Shown one piece after another: positions 8,341-18,000 of a stretch of DNA of 52,592 bases (within the stretch, counting starts at the first letter, position 1; every line of letters begins with the position of its first letter). The position numbers and the translations under genes are program-made. This DNA is from a virus (taxonomy: Duplodnaviria; Caudoviricetes). A model generated the notes under the pieces. That model was given only the letters and a program-made list of their open reading frames with translations, had not been told where the DNA came from and did not search any database. Location of the stretch: IMG/VR virus record IMGVR_UViG_3300017760_000007, positions 1 to 52,592 of that record; one strand, 5' to 3'.

Positions 8341-10538
8341 GCAACAGTTAAAATTCTGTAAGTACCAACTCCATTATCATCTATACCACTGTGAGTAGAC
8401 GCATTGTAACTTAGATTTGCTACTCCACCAGATACTGTAGGTGGCTGTATACCATTATCACCCTTAACCAGAATATAATAAGTCTCCCCATTAATGTTTA
8501 TTGGTATGGTGTGCGTATAATCTGCAATAAGATCGTTTCCGTAGCTACCTTGAACTGTTTTAAATGCGCCCGAGTCAAAAGCATCTTGTGCAGTATTTGA
8601 TAGTATTATTTTTGGTGAACCAAGAGCAAGTCCACCGCTACCTGCGGTAAGCGTACTACCATTGACTGCGGCTGTAAATACGCTACCTTCTTGAACTAAA
8701 CCTTGAACTCCAAGCCCCGCCCAATCTCTTCCAACACCAACACTGGTAATTGTAAACTTCTCTCCTGCAACAATATCTGCAAAAGCAGTACTTGCTTTTC
8801 TTTGGAATATAAAGTTTTGCGACTGTGCTAAAAGAGACTCAGTTTTTAAAGCAGGGAAAGATAAACTTCCTATCGTATTTGCCGGTTGAGCCCCACCGCC
8901 TCCAACTTCAGACCAAGGATTGCTTGGATCAGTAAATGCACGAATTGCTCTGTCGTCAGCAGGGTTTAAAATATATAGACCGGGCGCTTCTAATGGTTTA
9001 ACAAAACCATTGGTGCTTGGTATTGCGCCAAACGTCTTAGCTGTTGCCTCAAATTGTGCAAGTTTAACTTTACCATTACCAATGGTAGAAGTAGAAGAGT
9101 TTGCTTTGAAGTAACTACCAACTATGTATGTATTAGCTGTTGTATTCGCTATAGTATTCCATCTTAACTGTGTATCTACAACAAAAGTAAAGCTAGAATG
9201 AGTTCCAGTACCATTAGGCGATATTTCAATTATAGAGTTAGCAGATTCGGCAAGACCTAAAGTTATCTCGTCTCCATTTACCGCTTGAACATAATACACA
9301 CCTTCATTGACAATACCAGAAATATTATTGTCGCCCGCTTCATTTTCGAAATACTGTACCTTATCATTGACGACAAGACCATGAGAAGCACCAAGATTTA
9401 TTTCATGCGAATTCGAATCTATCTGACCAGTTGAAAATGTAAATATTCCGTCATTGTTAGGCCCAATATTAGCAACACCTAAACTTTCTATTCGGTAAAT
9501 CTTTCCAGTAACAATATCCGCACTACCAGTAGTTAGTTCAGGTGAAGATGACAGAATAACATTCGAACCTACAGAATCCCATTGACTTTTAACTACATTC
9601 CCTAACTCTACAATTTCATATGGCTCACCTACAACCAATTGACCGAAAGGTGTGTTTCCGCCTATTGTTACTGTGTGTTGTGCATCTCCATTATTAACTA
9701 TTCTAACAGTACCATCAAACCTAATACCAGACTCTGTGCCTTCATTAGAAAAATCGTCTGGTAAATATGTAAGAATTGTTTTTGACTTTTTAGCAGGTAA
9801 ACTACTTAGATTTTGCTGAACTACTGATGCTCTATCAAAAGGCTCGTTAAGCACTTCTTCATCTAGGGTGCTACCAGTAGTCGCTGTTCTTTCTACATAC
9901 AAATTCTTTAGATTGTCTGTCGTAACTTCATCATTTCTAGTGATGGTCATGCTACTAACATCACTCATATCAAGTAATTGTTGTGTTGTAATATTTTCTA
10001 ACTGAAAGCGTCTATCGCCATCACTATTCACAACTTTATGACTATAACTTACTCCTTTATTGAGGGATACGATAGTACCCTCAGTGAAAGCAACTTTAGC
10101 TTTACTGACATTGGTAAACGCTGTCCATCCCTCACCATCAACGAAAACTGAAGTGAAGTCTTCTCTACCGATAACCTCTAATGCGGCTCCACCTGCACCA
10201 GACTCTCCTGCACCAGAAGCAATTGCAGTAAATATATCTCCAACATCAGCACTAGATAAATCTGAGCCACCCACAGCTACCCAGTTGCGAGGGTTTAAAG
10301 TGTCACCAATATTAGTTATTCTATATCGCTTGCCGGGTACAAATGAACCATAGAATATTGGAGTGTCGTCAGTAAAATTTGGATTATTTATAAGCGCAGA
10401 TTTAAACTGAGTGTTACCTATGAATAGCTGTATGTCTCTACTTATTCCTGTGCCACCAAGATTATCAAGTGCGTTTCTATCTGAAACAACTGATGAACTT
10501 TCTTGTAAATTTAGATTTGTTACAAAACCTTGTGCCAT
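8337..10538 (-). CDS. Virion structural protein with four module-A copies and a nested module B
   Basis: 733 aa, last gene of the minus-strand tail operon, TAATG-coupled to the upstream gene. N-terminal NL.E...NALDNLGG; near the C-terminus THTIPININGETYYILV. Confidence 0.65.
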   Translation of the reverse strand: MAQGFVTNLNLQESSSVVSDRNALDNLGGTGISRDIQLFIGNTQFKSALINNPNFTDDTPIFYGSFVPGKRYRITNIGDTLNPRNWVAVGGSDLSSADVGDIFTAIASGAGESGAGGAALEVIGREDFTSVFVDGEGWTAFTNVSKAKVAFTEGTIVSLNKGVSYSHKVVNSDGDRRFQLENITTQQLLDMSDVSSMTITRNDEVTTDNLKNLYVERTATTGSTLDEEVLNEPFDRASVVQQNLSSLPAKKSKTILTYLPDDFSNEGTESGIRFDGTVRIVNNGDAQHTVTIGGNTPFGQLVVGEPYEIVELGNVVKSQWDSVGSNVILSSSPELTTGSADIVTGKIYRIESLGVANIGPNNDGIFTFSTGQIDSNSHEINLGASHGLVVNDKVQYFENEAGDNNISGIVNEGVYYVQAVNGDEITLGLAESANSIIEISPNGTGTHSSFTFVVDTQLRWNTIANTTANTYIVGSYFKANSSTSTIGNGKVKLAQFEATAKTFGAIPSTNGFVKPLEAPGLYILNPADDRAIRAFTDPSNPWSEVGGGGAQPANTIGSLSFPALKTESLLAQSQNFIFQRKASTAFADIVAGEKFTITSVGVGRDWAGLGVQGLVQEGSVFTAAVNGSTLTAGSGGLALGSPKIILSNTAQDAFDSGAFKTVQGSYGNDLIADYTHTIPININGETYYILVKGDNGIQPPTVSGGVANLSYNASTHSGIDDNGVGTYRILTVA

Positions 10539-13500
10539 TATACTTTACCATCCATTTTTACTTCCCAACCTCTATTTTCTATGGCTTGAATTGTAGAATA
10601 AATTGAATTTGGGTCTGTGCTATAACTAGTATCTAACTGAATAATCTGAGTGTAATTTAATCCAGTTGGTGTGTTGCTAATACTACCATCAGCAGGATTA
10701 GTCACGGCAACCATTATTTGATTTTGCAAATCAACATAGTACTTTGCCGAATCTGGTACGAACTGTCTATTGTTAACTGCTGTAAGTACATCTTCAAAAA
10801 ATGCTTTTATTGCATTCCAATCTGAACTGTTCTTTGACTGAAGTTCAGGGAACCTGTTATTCTTCAAATCAAGAGAGTGAAAACTGATTGCAGATGAAAA
10901 ATTACCAGAAGTATAACTAGACAAATTATTGAAACTAAAGTCATACTCTTCACAATCTGAGATACCAGTCATTGACGGTATAGTTCCCACCAACTGATTA
11001 TTGTTTAATAGTATTTTTGATATAGAAGTGCCAGCAATTATGTTAGGGATATTTCCAGTCAGCGTATTAAAAGACAAATCTATTTCTTCGAGACTAGTTA
11101 GTCCTGTTAGTGTAGGGACATTACCAAAAAACCCTAGACTAGTCAAATCTGTGCCATCAGTAGCATTGAACTGAGTAGAATTTCTTCTTGCGACTAATCC
11201 AGTACCAAAATCTTTTGGCTTTTCACTCGCAGGGAAGTTAGCATCAACATTACTGGAATCATGTTCTGATGGTAAAATCTTTCGAGCATACATTCCATAA
11301 TCATTAACGAAAAACGGAGTACCGCCAGCACGAATAAGACCATTTTGAGTTGCTTCAAAAGTCACGCCTTCATACCATTGCCAGGGATTGTCTGATAGAC
11401 CTTGTCGATTCCAAGGCGTATTGACCAAAAATCCGAGCATCGCCGGGTATGACTTCATTACTCTATAAAAACAACCTTGCTCTAAATCGTGTACTTCTTG
11501 TGTATTTGATTCATCACTTCCTCTGAATTTATCACCTACTTTGGGCGTAGACCCTGTACCAAATTCTGCGCTATTTGCCACCCAACCTAAGTCTGTCCAA
11601 TCTTGAGTTGTGGTAGTTCCTAAGTCCTTGATAATATAAACAAAGTGTTGAACAACTTGATTAGCGGTCAAATCTCTGAACATAAAAAGATCACCCTCTT
11701 TAACATGAGTTCCGTGCTGAGTTGCGTTGTTGTCTAAGTCTGCACTATTAGAAGGTATACCACCAAATTCCCAATTGTATGTTCCATTTGGTATAATTTT
11801 ATCAACTACAGCCGCATTACTAGTCGCATATTCTTGAGCAGTTGTATCTAACCCTCTATGTGTCGCTAGTGATGTGGCATGAGAAGAATTGCCACTAATA
11901 TCGCCCTCTGTAGTATCATTACCCGGGTACCAACCCATATCTTCATACTCAAATGTCAATAGTTTTATCTGATTTGGGTCACTAACTACATTCATCTGAA
12001 CTGACCCAACATTAGCACCAAATGCATCTTTTTGTACTTGATATATTCCGCCCTTTTTCATCGACTGAAATGGAACAGAAATTGACGAGCCTGTCATTAG
12101 TATTTTTTCTAGGTTTGTCATTCCCGCCAAACTTGGTATTGCGCCTACATTACCACCAGAAATAGATAACTCTTCTAGAGCGGCTAAATTACCAAGAGGG
12201 AAAGTAATGACATTATTAACATCATCAGAGTTTACCAATCTACCGCCACCCCAAGGCGAAACATCTATATCTAATTTTAATAGAGAATTTTGAACTGTGG
12301 ATAACGCTTGCCCAGTTCTACCTGAAGTTCCATCAACACCCCAGAAATCACTATATGCGGCAACAGGAGACAATGTATCACCATCTCTATTTCTTATAGT
12401 AATGTACTTTAACTTGTTGTCATTTAGATCGTTATTACCTGCATTAAATGTGTTGTTTGCAAATGTAAAAGCAATCCCACTTAAATTGATCAACTCTAAA
12501 GTTTCTAAATTAGGCTTATCGTTAAATGCTGATGACAGATCACCTGTACCACACAAAACATTGCTGTGAGATATACCAAAATCATGGAACTTGAAAGAGG
12601 TCAATGCTGTAAGATTTTGAAATAAATTGTGATCTACATTTCTTAACGCTTCTGTTGTGATTGCAGAATCGATCTTATTACTATCAAGACTTAATCCAGA
12701 TAGCTGAGTGTTTCCACTAAAGTTTGGTATATTGGAAAAAGTATCGTGATAATATACAGTATTTTTAAGAGAATTAGTATCAAATTTAACTGATGCTTGC
12801 CAGTCAGACTCTTCTTTTTTACTGGCTGTAGAATTATCTCTATATGGATAATTAGAAGTTTTAAATGGATTTGTTCTCATGTCTAGACCTTCCAATCGAG
12901 TGCTATCTAATACTTCATTTGGAATTATTGTATAAGAACTATTACCTACTTTGTATACCTCAACACTTTTCTCTTGCCCGTCATTGCCATTTCGTTTATA
13001 TGGAGTGCCATCTGCGTTGACTCTAACTAATTCGTGATGAGTACCAACCATAGTACCACTATACGAAGTAATTGCAGTACCACCCGGATAAGTTTTTAAT
13101 GTGAATAACGCACCACCACCACTAGTAGTAGCCACTTCATATATGGTGTTATTGGCACCCGGGATTGCTGATGACGATGTAAGTTCATTGATGCCTCCGG
13201 CAAGAGTATTGGTGCTATCAACTCTTTCCCAATACTGAACATAGTCTCCTGCTTGCAAGCCATGATCAGTAATGGTGAAAACGCCGGCACTGGTAAAAGT
13301 GGAGGGTTGCGTAGCAGGAGCGAATTTTACTATTTGACTAGGCCCACGAACAATTGGAGCAGTACCACCATTAGCATTAATACTACCATAACCAGGTGCA
13401 GGACCAATTCTTTGACTGTCACTCGTTCCTGCGGGCTGACCAAAGAGTAGTTTTTCAAGATTTTGTAATCTAGTAAAATCTATATTTACTACATTATCGC

Positions 13501-15016
13501 CTTTTAATGATTCTCTCAAATCCAAAAAATCTAAAGTTGTTGGCAACCTACTAAGTATGTCGTCATAACTTACTTCAAACTGGCTCGTCTCTGGATTAAA
13601 AGAGTTTGTGTTTTCTGAAGATAGATTATTACCTTTCATTCTAAGTCTTTTTAGAACAGGAGCCTTGACGTTAAAGTCTGGTAAAATTGGAAGAGCATTT
13701 CCATTAAAATTTAGACTAGTAAGATTTAGAAGTGTGGGAAGACTATATGTATCTATATTCAGTCCAAACTCGTCGCCAATTTCACCTTCACCAGTAAGTC
13801 TTAAATAGTTAATTTTTTCTGGAATATAAAATATCTTAAAGTTAGAGACATCAGACAAGTCGGTCTGATTGTATCGTGCGGCTTTATTACCATTCTCTAA
13901 ACTATCACTATCGTCTACTGCGGTTGGTGAAGAATCTAAAACTTCCACAGTATTTGCAGGATCATTCGGAAACTGTCTTTCAAATGTTACTGGTATAGTT
14001 CCTATACTATCGAATAGAAAGCCTTGACTACCATCAGCTTGCTGAACATCTTTGTTTACTCCAACACGAAAATCTAGTGCATTACCAACACCTGGAGCAG
14101 GCATACCAGACAAAGTTATCGGCAAGCCCTTTACAGCAGGTACTTTTTTATACGCACCGTTTATATACAACTCTATGATGTGTGTAGGTTGCTCTGATCT
14201 ATACTTTTTAACAAGAGGTGCTGTAGTTAAACTTAACGAAGATACCGATAAAAACTCTCCATTGTTTTTTAACTGACCACCATATAAAATATGATCATCT
14301 GGGTTTTGTGGAGCAACACCCACAGGAGACCAAGAAGAAACTCTAGATGTTGATATATCTGCCGATACATAATTCCAGTATTGATACAGTGTGAATGTAC
14401 CGCTTCCAAAACTTGTTATTGTGCCACCATTAGTTGCATCTGCACTAAGTGTGAATGTTTTAGGTTGAGTATCAGTCTGTGCTATAACTGTATAATTACC
14501 ATCATTAAGAGTTGACTGTGACCCGCCTATGGTTAACTTATCACCAACAGAAATTTCTACTTCAACACCACTAGCATCCTGAAAGACTGTATTAGCAGTA
14601 AAGACAGTATTGGCTATTGATGCAACAGATGATGGGTCTATTGTTTTTTGAACACCATTAGTATCGAAATTTGTAAAATTGTATTTAATCGCACCCGCTA
14701 CCAATCTATCGTCTAGATTCAAGTTGAACTCTTGAGCAACTGGTGTTATTCCTGGTCCTGCAGTTGCACTAGGGATATCTTCAATTATTGAACTAACTTC
14801 AGCAGACGCACTGACTAGGTTAGATAGTATTTTATCTTGGTTATCAGTTAACCCAGAAACCAAGTGCAACTCGTCTAAGTTAATTATTTCAGTAAGGCCA
14901 ACATTCTTAATGACGTTAAGATCCTTTGGGTTTAGACCCAAATTGTTTAGTGCGAGAGTCTTATCTTCGACATCACCTAGATCGTTAGCTATATTAAGAC
15001 CGTAAATAAAAGGCAT
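10538..15016 (-). CDS. Leucine-rich-repeat virion/tail-associated protein
   Basis: LRRs include LLNLTSLNFNGNALPILP, LKRLRMKGNNLS, LTSLEEIDLSFNTLTGNIP and ISKILLNNNQLVGTIP. N-terminal GLNIANDLGDV..ALNNLG. TAATG overlaps at both ends. Confidence 0.8.
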   Translation of the reverse strand: MPFIYGLNIANDLGDVEDKTLALNNLGLNPKDLNVIKNVGLTEIINLDELHLVSGLTDNQDKILSNLVSASAEVSSIIEDIPSATAGPGITPVAQEFNLNLDDRLVAGAIKYNFTNFDTNGVQKTIDPSSVASIANTVFTANTVFQDASGVEVEISVGDKLTIGGSQSTLNDGNYTVIAQTDTQPKTFTLSADATNGGTITSFGSGTFTLYQYWNYVSADISTSRVSSWSPVGVAPQNPDDHILYGGQLKNNGEFLSVSSLSLTTAPLVKKYRSEQPTHIIELYINGAYKKVPAVKGLPITLSGMPAPGVGNALDFRVGVNKDVQQADGSQGFLFDSIGTIPVTFERQFPNDPANTVEVLDSSPTAVDDSDSLENGNKAARYNQTDLSDVSNFKIFYIPEKINYLRLTGEGEIGDEFGLNIDTYSLPTLLNLTSLNFNGNALPILPDFNVKAPVLKRLRMKGNNLSSENTNSFNPETSQFEVSYDDILSRLPTTLDFLDLRESLKGDNVVNIDFTRLQNLEKLLFGQPAGTSDSQRIGPAPGYGSINANGGTAPIVRGPSQIVKFAPATQPSTFTSAGVFTITDHGLQAGDYVQYWERVDSTNTLAGGINELTSSSAIPGANNTIYEVATTSGGGALFTLKTYPGGTAITSYSGTMVGTHHELVRVNADGTPYKRNGNDGQEKSVEVYKVGNSSYTIIPNEVLDSTRLEGLDMRTNPFKTSNYPYRDNSTASKKEESDWQASVKFDTNSLKNTVYYHDTFSNIPNFSGNTQLSGLSLDSNKIDSAITTEALRNVDHNLFQNLTALTSFKFHDFGISHSNVLCGTGDLSSAFNDKPNLETLELINLSGIAFTFANNTFNAGNNDLNDNKLKYITIRNRDGDTLSPVAAYSDFWGVDGTSGRTGQALSTVQNSLLKLDIDVSPWGGGRLVNSDDVNNVITFPLGNLAALEELSISGGNVGAIPSLAGMTNLEKILMTGSSISVPFQSMKKGGIYQVQKDAFGANVGSVQMNVVSDPNQIKLLTFEYEDMGWYPGNDTTEGDISGNSSHATSLATHRGLDTTAQEYATSNAAVVDKIIPNGTYNWEFGGIPSNSADLDNNATQHGTHVKEGDLFMFRDLTANQVVQHFVYIIKDLGTTTTQDWTDLGWVANSAEFGTGSTPKVGDKFRGSDESNTQEVHDLEQGCFYRVMKSYPAMLGFLVNTPWNRQGLSDNPWQWYEGVTFEATQNGLIRAGGTPFFVNDYGMYARKILPSEHDSSNVDANFPASEKPKDFGTGLVARRNSTQFNATDGTDLTSLGFFGNVPTLTGLTSLEEIDLSFNTLTGNIPNIIAGTSISKILLNNNQLVGTIPSMTGISDCEEYDFSFNNLSSYTSGNFSSAISFHSLDLKNNRFPELQSKNSSDWNAIKAFFEDVLTAVNNRQFVPDSAKYYVDLQNQIMVAVTNPADGSISNTPTGLNYTQIIQLDTSYSTDPNSIYSTIQAIENRGWEVKMDGKV

Positions 15017-18000
15017 TATTGTTCCTTACTGGTTAAAGATAGTTGTATATTACCATTTCCAAGAGCAGAGTCTATCGATGTTGCTGTTATAAAGACTCCT
15101 TTATTATTTAGTGCGCCTCTTTGAATACCCTTTCTATCTCTAGCAAATACATTATCTAATTCTACTGTTGTTGTATCATTAGCATCCACAAATATGGAGT
15201 AAATTATATTACCCGGTCTCAGGGGATTTAATGTTGAAAAGTCATATCTACAGGCAGAGGTTAAATCACTTTTTATAACATTAAAAGCACTTGGTGTTTT
15301 ATTATTAGCTGAAGATTGTGGTTGCACGATAGATATAGATGTATTCCAGTTATCATCTTCTGTTAAAAAATTAGGCGTATGAGTTCTTATCTCTCCAGTC
15401 TCACTAATCTCTTCAATAACAACACAGTTTATACGAGAAAAGTCTGCAAGAGCAAAAACTGGATATAGTGGTTGCGTATTGAAACTTACCGCTTTAGATA
15501 TTTTAAATGATTTATTTTGAAATCTTTCTCTTTCATCTTCTGTCGCTGTTGCGGAGGCAAATGTTGTTGCTCTCCAATCATCTTTTATGGTTATAGTTTT
15601 GGTTTGTATTACAATCTCTGCAACTCCGTTAGTGAGTGTATTAAAATGCCCAGTTGAGGAATCACCTGCGGAATCATTGTCTATAAAAACATAAGGTTTG
15701 GCATCAGACCCAACTGGTGGATAAACCACTTGACTCTGAAACTTAACTGGTGAACCACCAGTATTACCCACACCAGAATTTAGAACCGCAAAGTTAAATC
15801 CAACTTCAGAAACATCTGGTACGATTTCAGTCACCGATGGAGCAGAGTCCGCAAATACAATCTTAATTCTATTTGAACCACTATCTGGATCAAGCACATC
15901 TCTATCTATAGATTCTACCACATAAGTATTTACATCAACATTACACTCTACTGTGGATGCGTCTCCATTTGCATTGGCTTCACCTGCGTGAGATTTAGGA
16001 GTATTGGTACTAAGATTTAATCTTGGATCGATGTTTAATCTATTACCATAAGAGTCGTCAGACTCTCTTTCTACAAGTCTTGTACGAGCGTTAAATCTAG
16101 TTCCATGATGAGCATATTCAATAGTAGGAAACTCGTCTCTATCAAATTGAACTAGTTGACCATACTTATTAAACTTCACTTCTGGGTCTTCATCAAGATT
16201 TCTTGTTGAATCGTCAGGTCCGATTGGTTTGTGTGGAGTAACGCCTACCGAGAACTCAGCAAAGTGTTTTAGACCAAAATTAGAGCCAGGATCTTGAGCA
16301 TCTGGATTTAAAAAATGTATTTTAAACTTATTACTGTGTATTGGAACGTCAGAAGCAACAACAGTATGATAAGAAGATAATACTGCATTAAAAATTCCAC
16401 TCTCATCTGTTGTGGATAAAGTAGACGATCTGAAATCAGAAGAGTTTAGGATTCCTGTGGCTGATTCGACTGCCTGTGAGTCAACTAGATCATATGCATT
16501 TTCTTGATTGCCACCCCTTCTCTGAAGAAGATTACTAGTTTCACTATCCACATATCTACCATAAACCCCATTTGCTATAATGTGTGCATTTTTATCAGAC
16601 GGGTTGTATTTGTAAATAAGATTAGCACGTTGATTTAAAGCATTTCCACCTGTTGATGTTTCTAGTGTGAGTTCAGTCTCACCAGTACTGGAAGACTGAT
16701 TGTTACCGAAATATTTAATAACATAATCAGTAGCACCTATTCTCAAAGAGTCACCAACTTGAAGAGAGTCGAAGCTAGTGGGAAACTCTCTTAGTAGAGA
16801 GATTGTCATTCCGTCAATGGTAGTACCAGATACTCCTAAAGCACCACCAGATTCCGTTCCATTAAGAGTTCTTAATGTAAAGCTAGTTTTGCTGGCTAAA
16901 GGATTGCTGACAAGATAGTCGCCTGCTTGCAAATTAGCCGTTCCAGAGTTAACTCCAGAAACTCTTACATAAGAACCATTTGGTACAGGACCATAATCCT
17001 TTATGTCGTTTGTTATTGTAATTGTACCAAATGCGTCAATGCTAAGGCTACCTGTTATTGGATTACCTTCATACATATCGTCTACTTGAAAATTATTTGG
17101 AGCAGTAATGCTACCAATGGCTAATACCGATCCCGTGGCATTGACTTTAAATCCATGTTCTGTATATGTTTCACCAACAAGAAAATCATTAAATCCTAAA
17201 GTACTATTTGTTCTTGCTGGCTGTACTGGAATGATTGCACTATTGCCAGTTAAATTTCCACCTGTTGAATATTGTAATTTTAGTGTTCTTGATTTAGGAT
17301 TTCTACCATTCATTCTTATTGTTGGAGAATAGTTGAAGTGTACACCTTGTGGTGAACCTAAAATTTCTTCAAAATCCAGTCTACACGACTTATCAGAAGT
17401 TACTGATAATGTTGATGGGTAACTCTTTTTCTGATTGATATTAGGCGTTCCTACAGTATTTTTAATATTTTCTTTTGGAAGAATGCCCAAAATAGGAGTT
17501 CTTGTGTTGAACTGTTTAGTGTCTGCACTTACTGTCGATAGACGCAAAGTACCCTCATCGCCACCATCGATGTAGCAACTACTACCATACTTGTAAAGAA
17601 ACATTGGGGCACGAATGTTTTCTGTGTTTGCAGTATGAACTAGATATCTGAATCTAAAATCTGGATTTTCTAATACTGGCTCACCAAGACCGTTTTCAAT
17701 CACAAACGTATGCATAAGAACCCATCTACACTCACCAACACCAATTGGCACATACGCATAGAATTTTGCACCGATAGCACCATACCAAGAAAATTCTATC
17801 TTGTACATCGTAACATCTTCAAATCCAGTTAGAATGTAACCAGAAGGTCCGTTACCATCAAGACTATCGCCATTAAATTTATTTCTAGGTATGATTGTTT
17901 CCCAGAGTTCTTCAGTCTTACCAATACCCTTTATTCTTACTGGATTTTCTCTTGGATTATTAGATTGATAGTTCTCTGGTGGTGTGAGTCCTTGCCTGGT

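Noticed and set aside
8331-8361. Possible stop read-through or truncation of the 1070-aa ORF (YND*ATVKIL*)
   Set aside because: The extra codons are simply the antisense of the convergent gene's C-terminus, and there is no evidence of recoding elsewhere.
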